A DNA stretch of 64,000 nt, taken from assembly GCF_006345805.1 (NCBI RefSeq), contig NC_042999.1, positions 143,034,001-143,098,000 of the forward strand, given 5' to 3'. The notes beneath the pieces were generated by a model. That model did not search any database. It was given only the letters and a program-made list of their open reading frames with translations, and had not been told where the DNA came from. Shown here piece by piece: positions 63,569 through 64,000 of the stretch (position 1 is its first letter; each line of letters starts with the position of its first letter). The DNA comes from Octopus sinensis (Eukaryota). A program made the position numbers and the translations under genes.

Positions 63569-64000
63569 CTAGAATGGAACATATATCTAAATTCAATCTA
63601 TACTCTTACAAACGCTAACACCTTTAAAAAGAAATGGACTTGTTTGATGGCCCTTTAGAAAAACGGTCAATCTTCGAGCGATAAACAAAAAGGTCAAAAA
63701 TATATGTATATATATATATAAACTTATAAAAATTATAAAATCCGAGGAAAAAACCGAGGAAAAAACCGATGAAAAAACCTATTGCCGTTAATGAAGACAG
63801 TACAAATTAATGCATAGAAATTAAAACCTGTTATAAATACTGCAATACATTTTATATTAAAATCCACATATATATATCAACATACACAAACGATGCGCGT
63901 AAACGCCATACATACATATACAGACGTATGAATATGAATCTAAATTATACACATAAAGCATGTGTACATATATTCACGCAAACCGTCTCGCACGCAAGCT

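Overview
AT-rich, microsatellite-dense animal genomic DNA. The SINE/LINE repertoire and (TA)n/(CA)n load look like an octopus (coleoid cephalopod) genome; this is an inference. Four protein-coding genes can be reconstructed by hand with GT-AG introns and consistent phases. LIG4 (DNA ligase IV) is on the minus strand: 15 coding exons, 783 codons in the window, with the 3' end beyond the left edge. TMEM234 is on the minus strand with an intronless CDS, lying just upstream of LIG4 and possibly inside its 5' UTR region. NDUFA6 is on the plus strand, 3 exons, head-to-head with TMEM234. A single-coding-exon heparan sulfate 3-O-sulfotransferase is on the minus strand at 56.6-57.6 kb. The rest is mobile DNA: several SINE families, CR1 and RTE fragments, a DD37E Tc1/mariner relic, a double-5'-end mariner, an AcademX-like deletion derivative, a very young non-coding LTR element (599-bp LTRs, tRNA-Trp PBS, 4-bp TSD) and an ORF1-only (half-LINE) Tx1/L1-like insertion with a 16-bp TSD. 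Most notable: at least five unrelated short repeats, several of them long fold-back palindromes next to TA microsatellites, carry the core and stems of minimal type I hammerhead ribozymes. This points to a multi-family Penelope-like/retrozyme system. Second most notable: LIG4 appears to lack its own promoter and may share a first exon or a transcript with TMEM234 from the NDUFA6 bidirectional promoter. All structures were derived by eye; no searches or folding programs were run.
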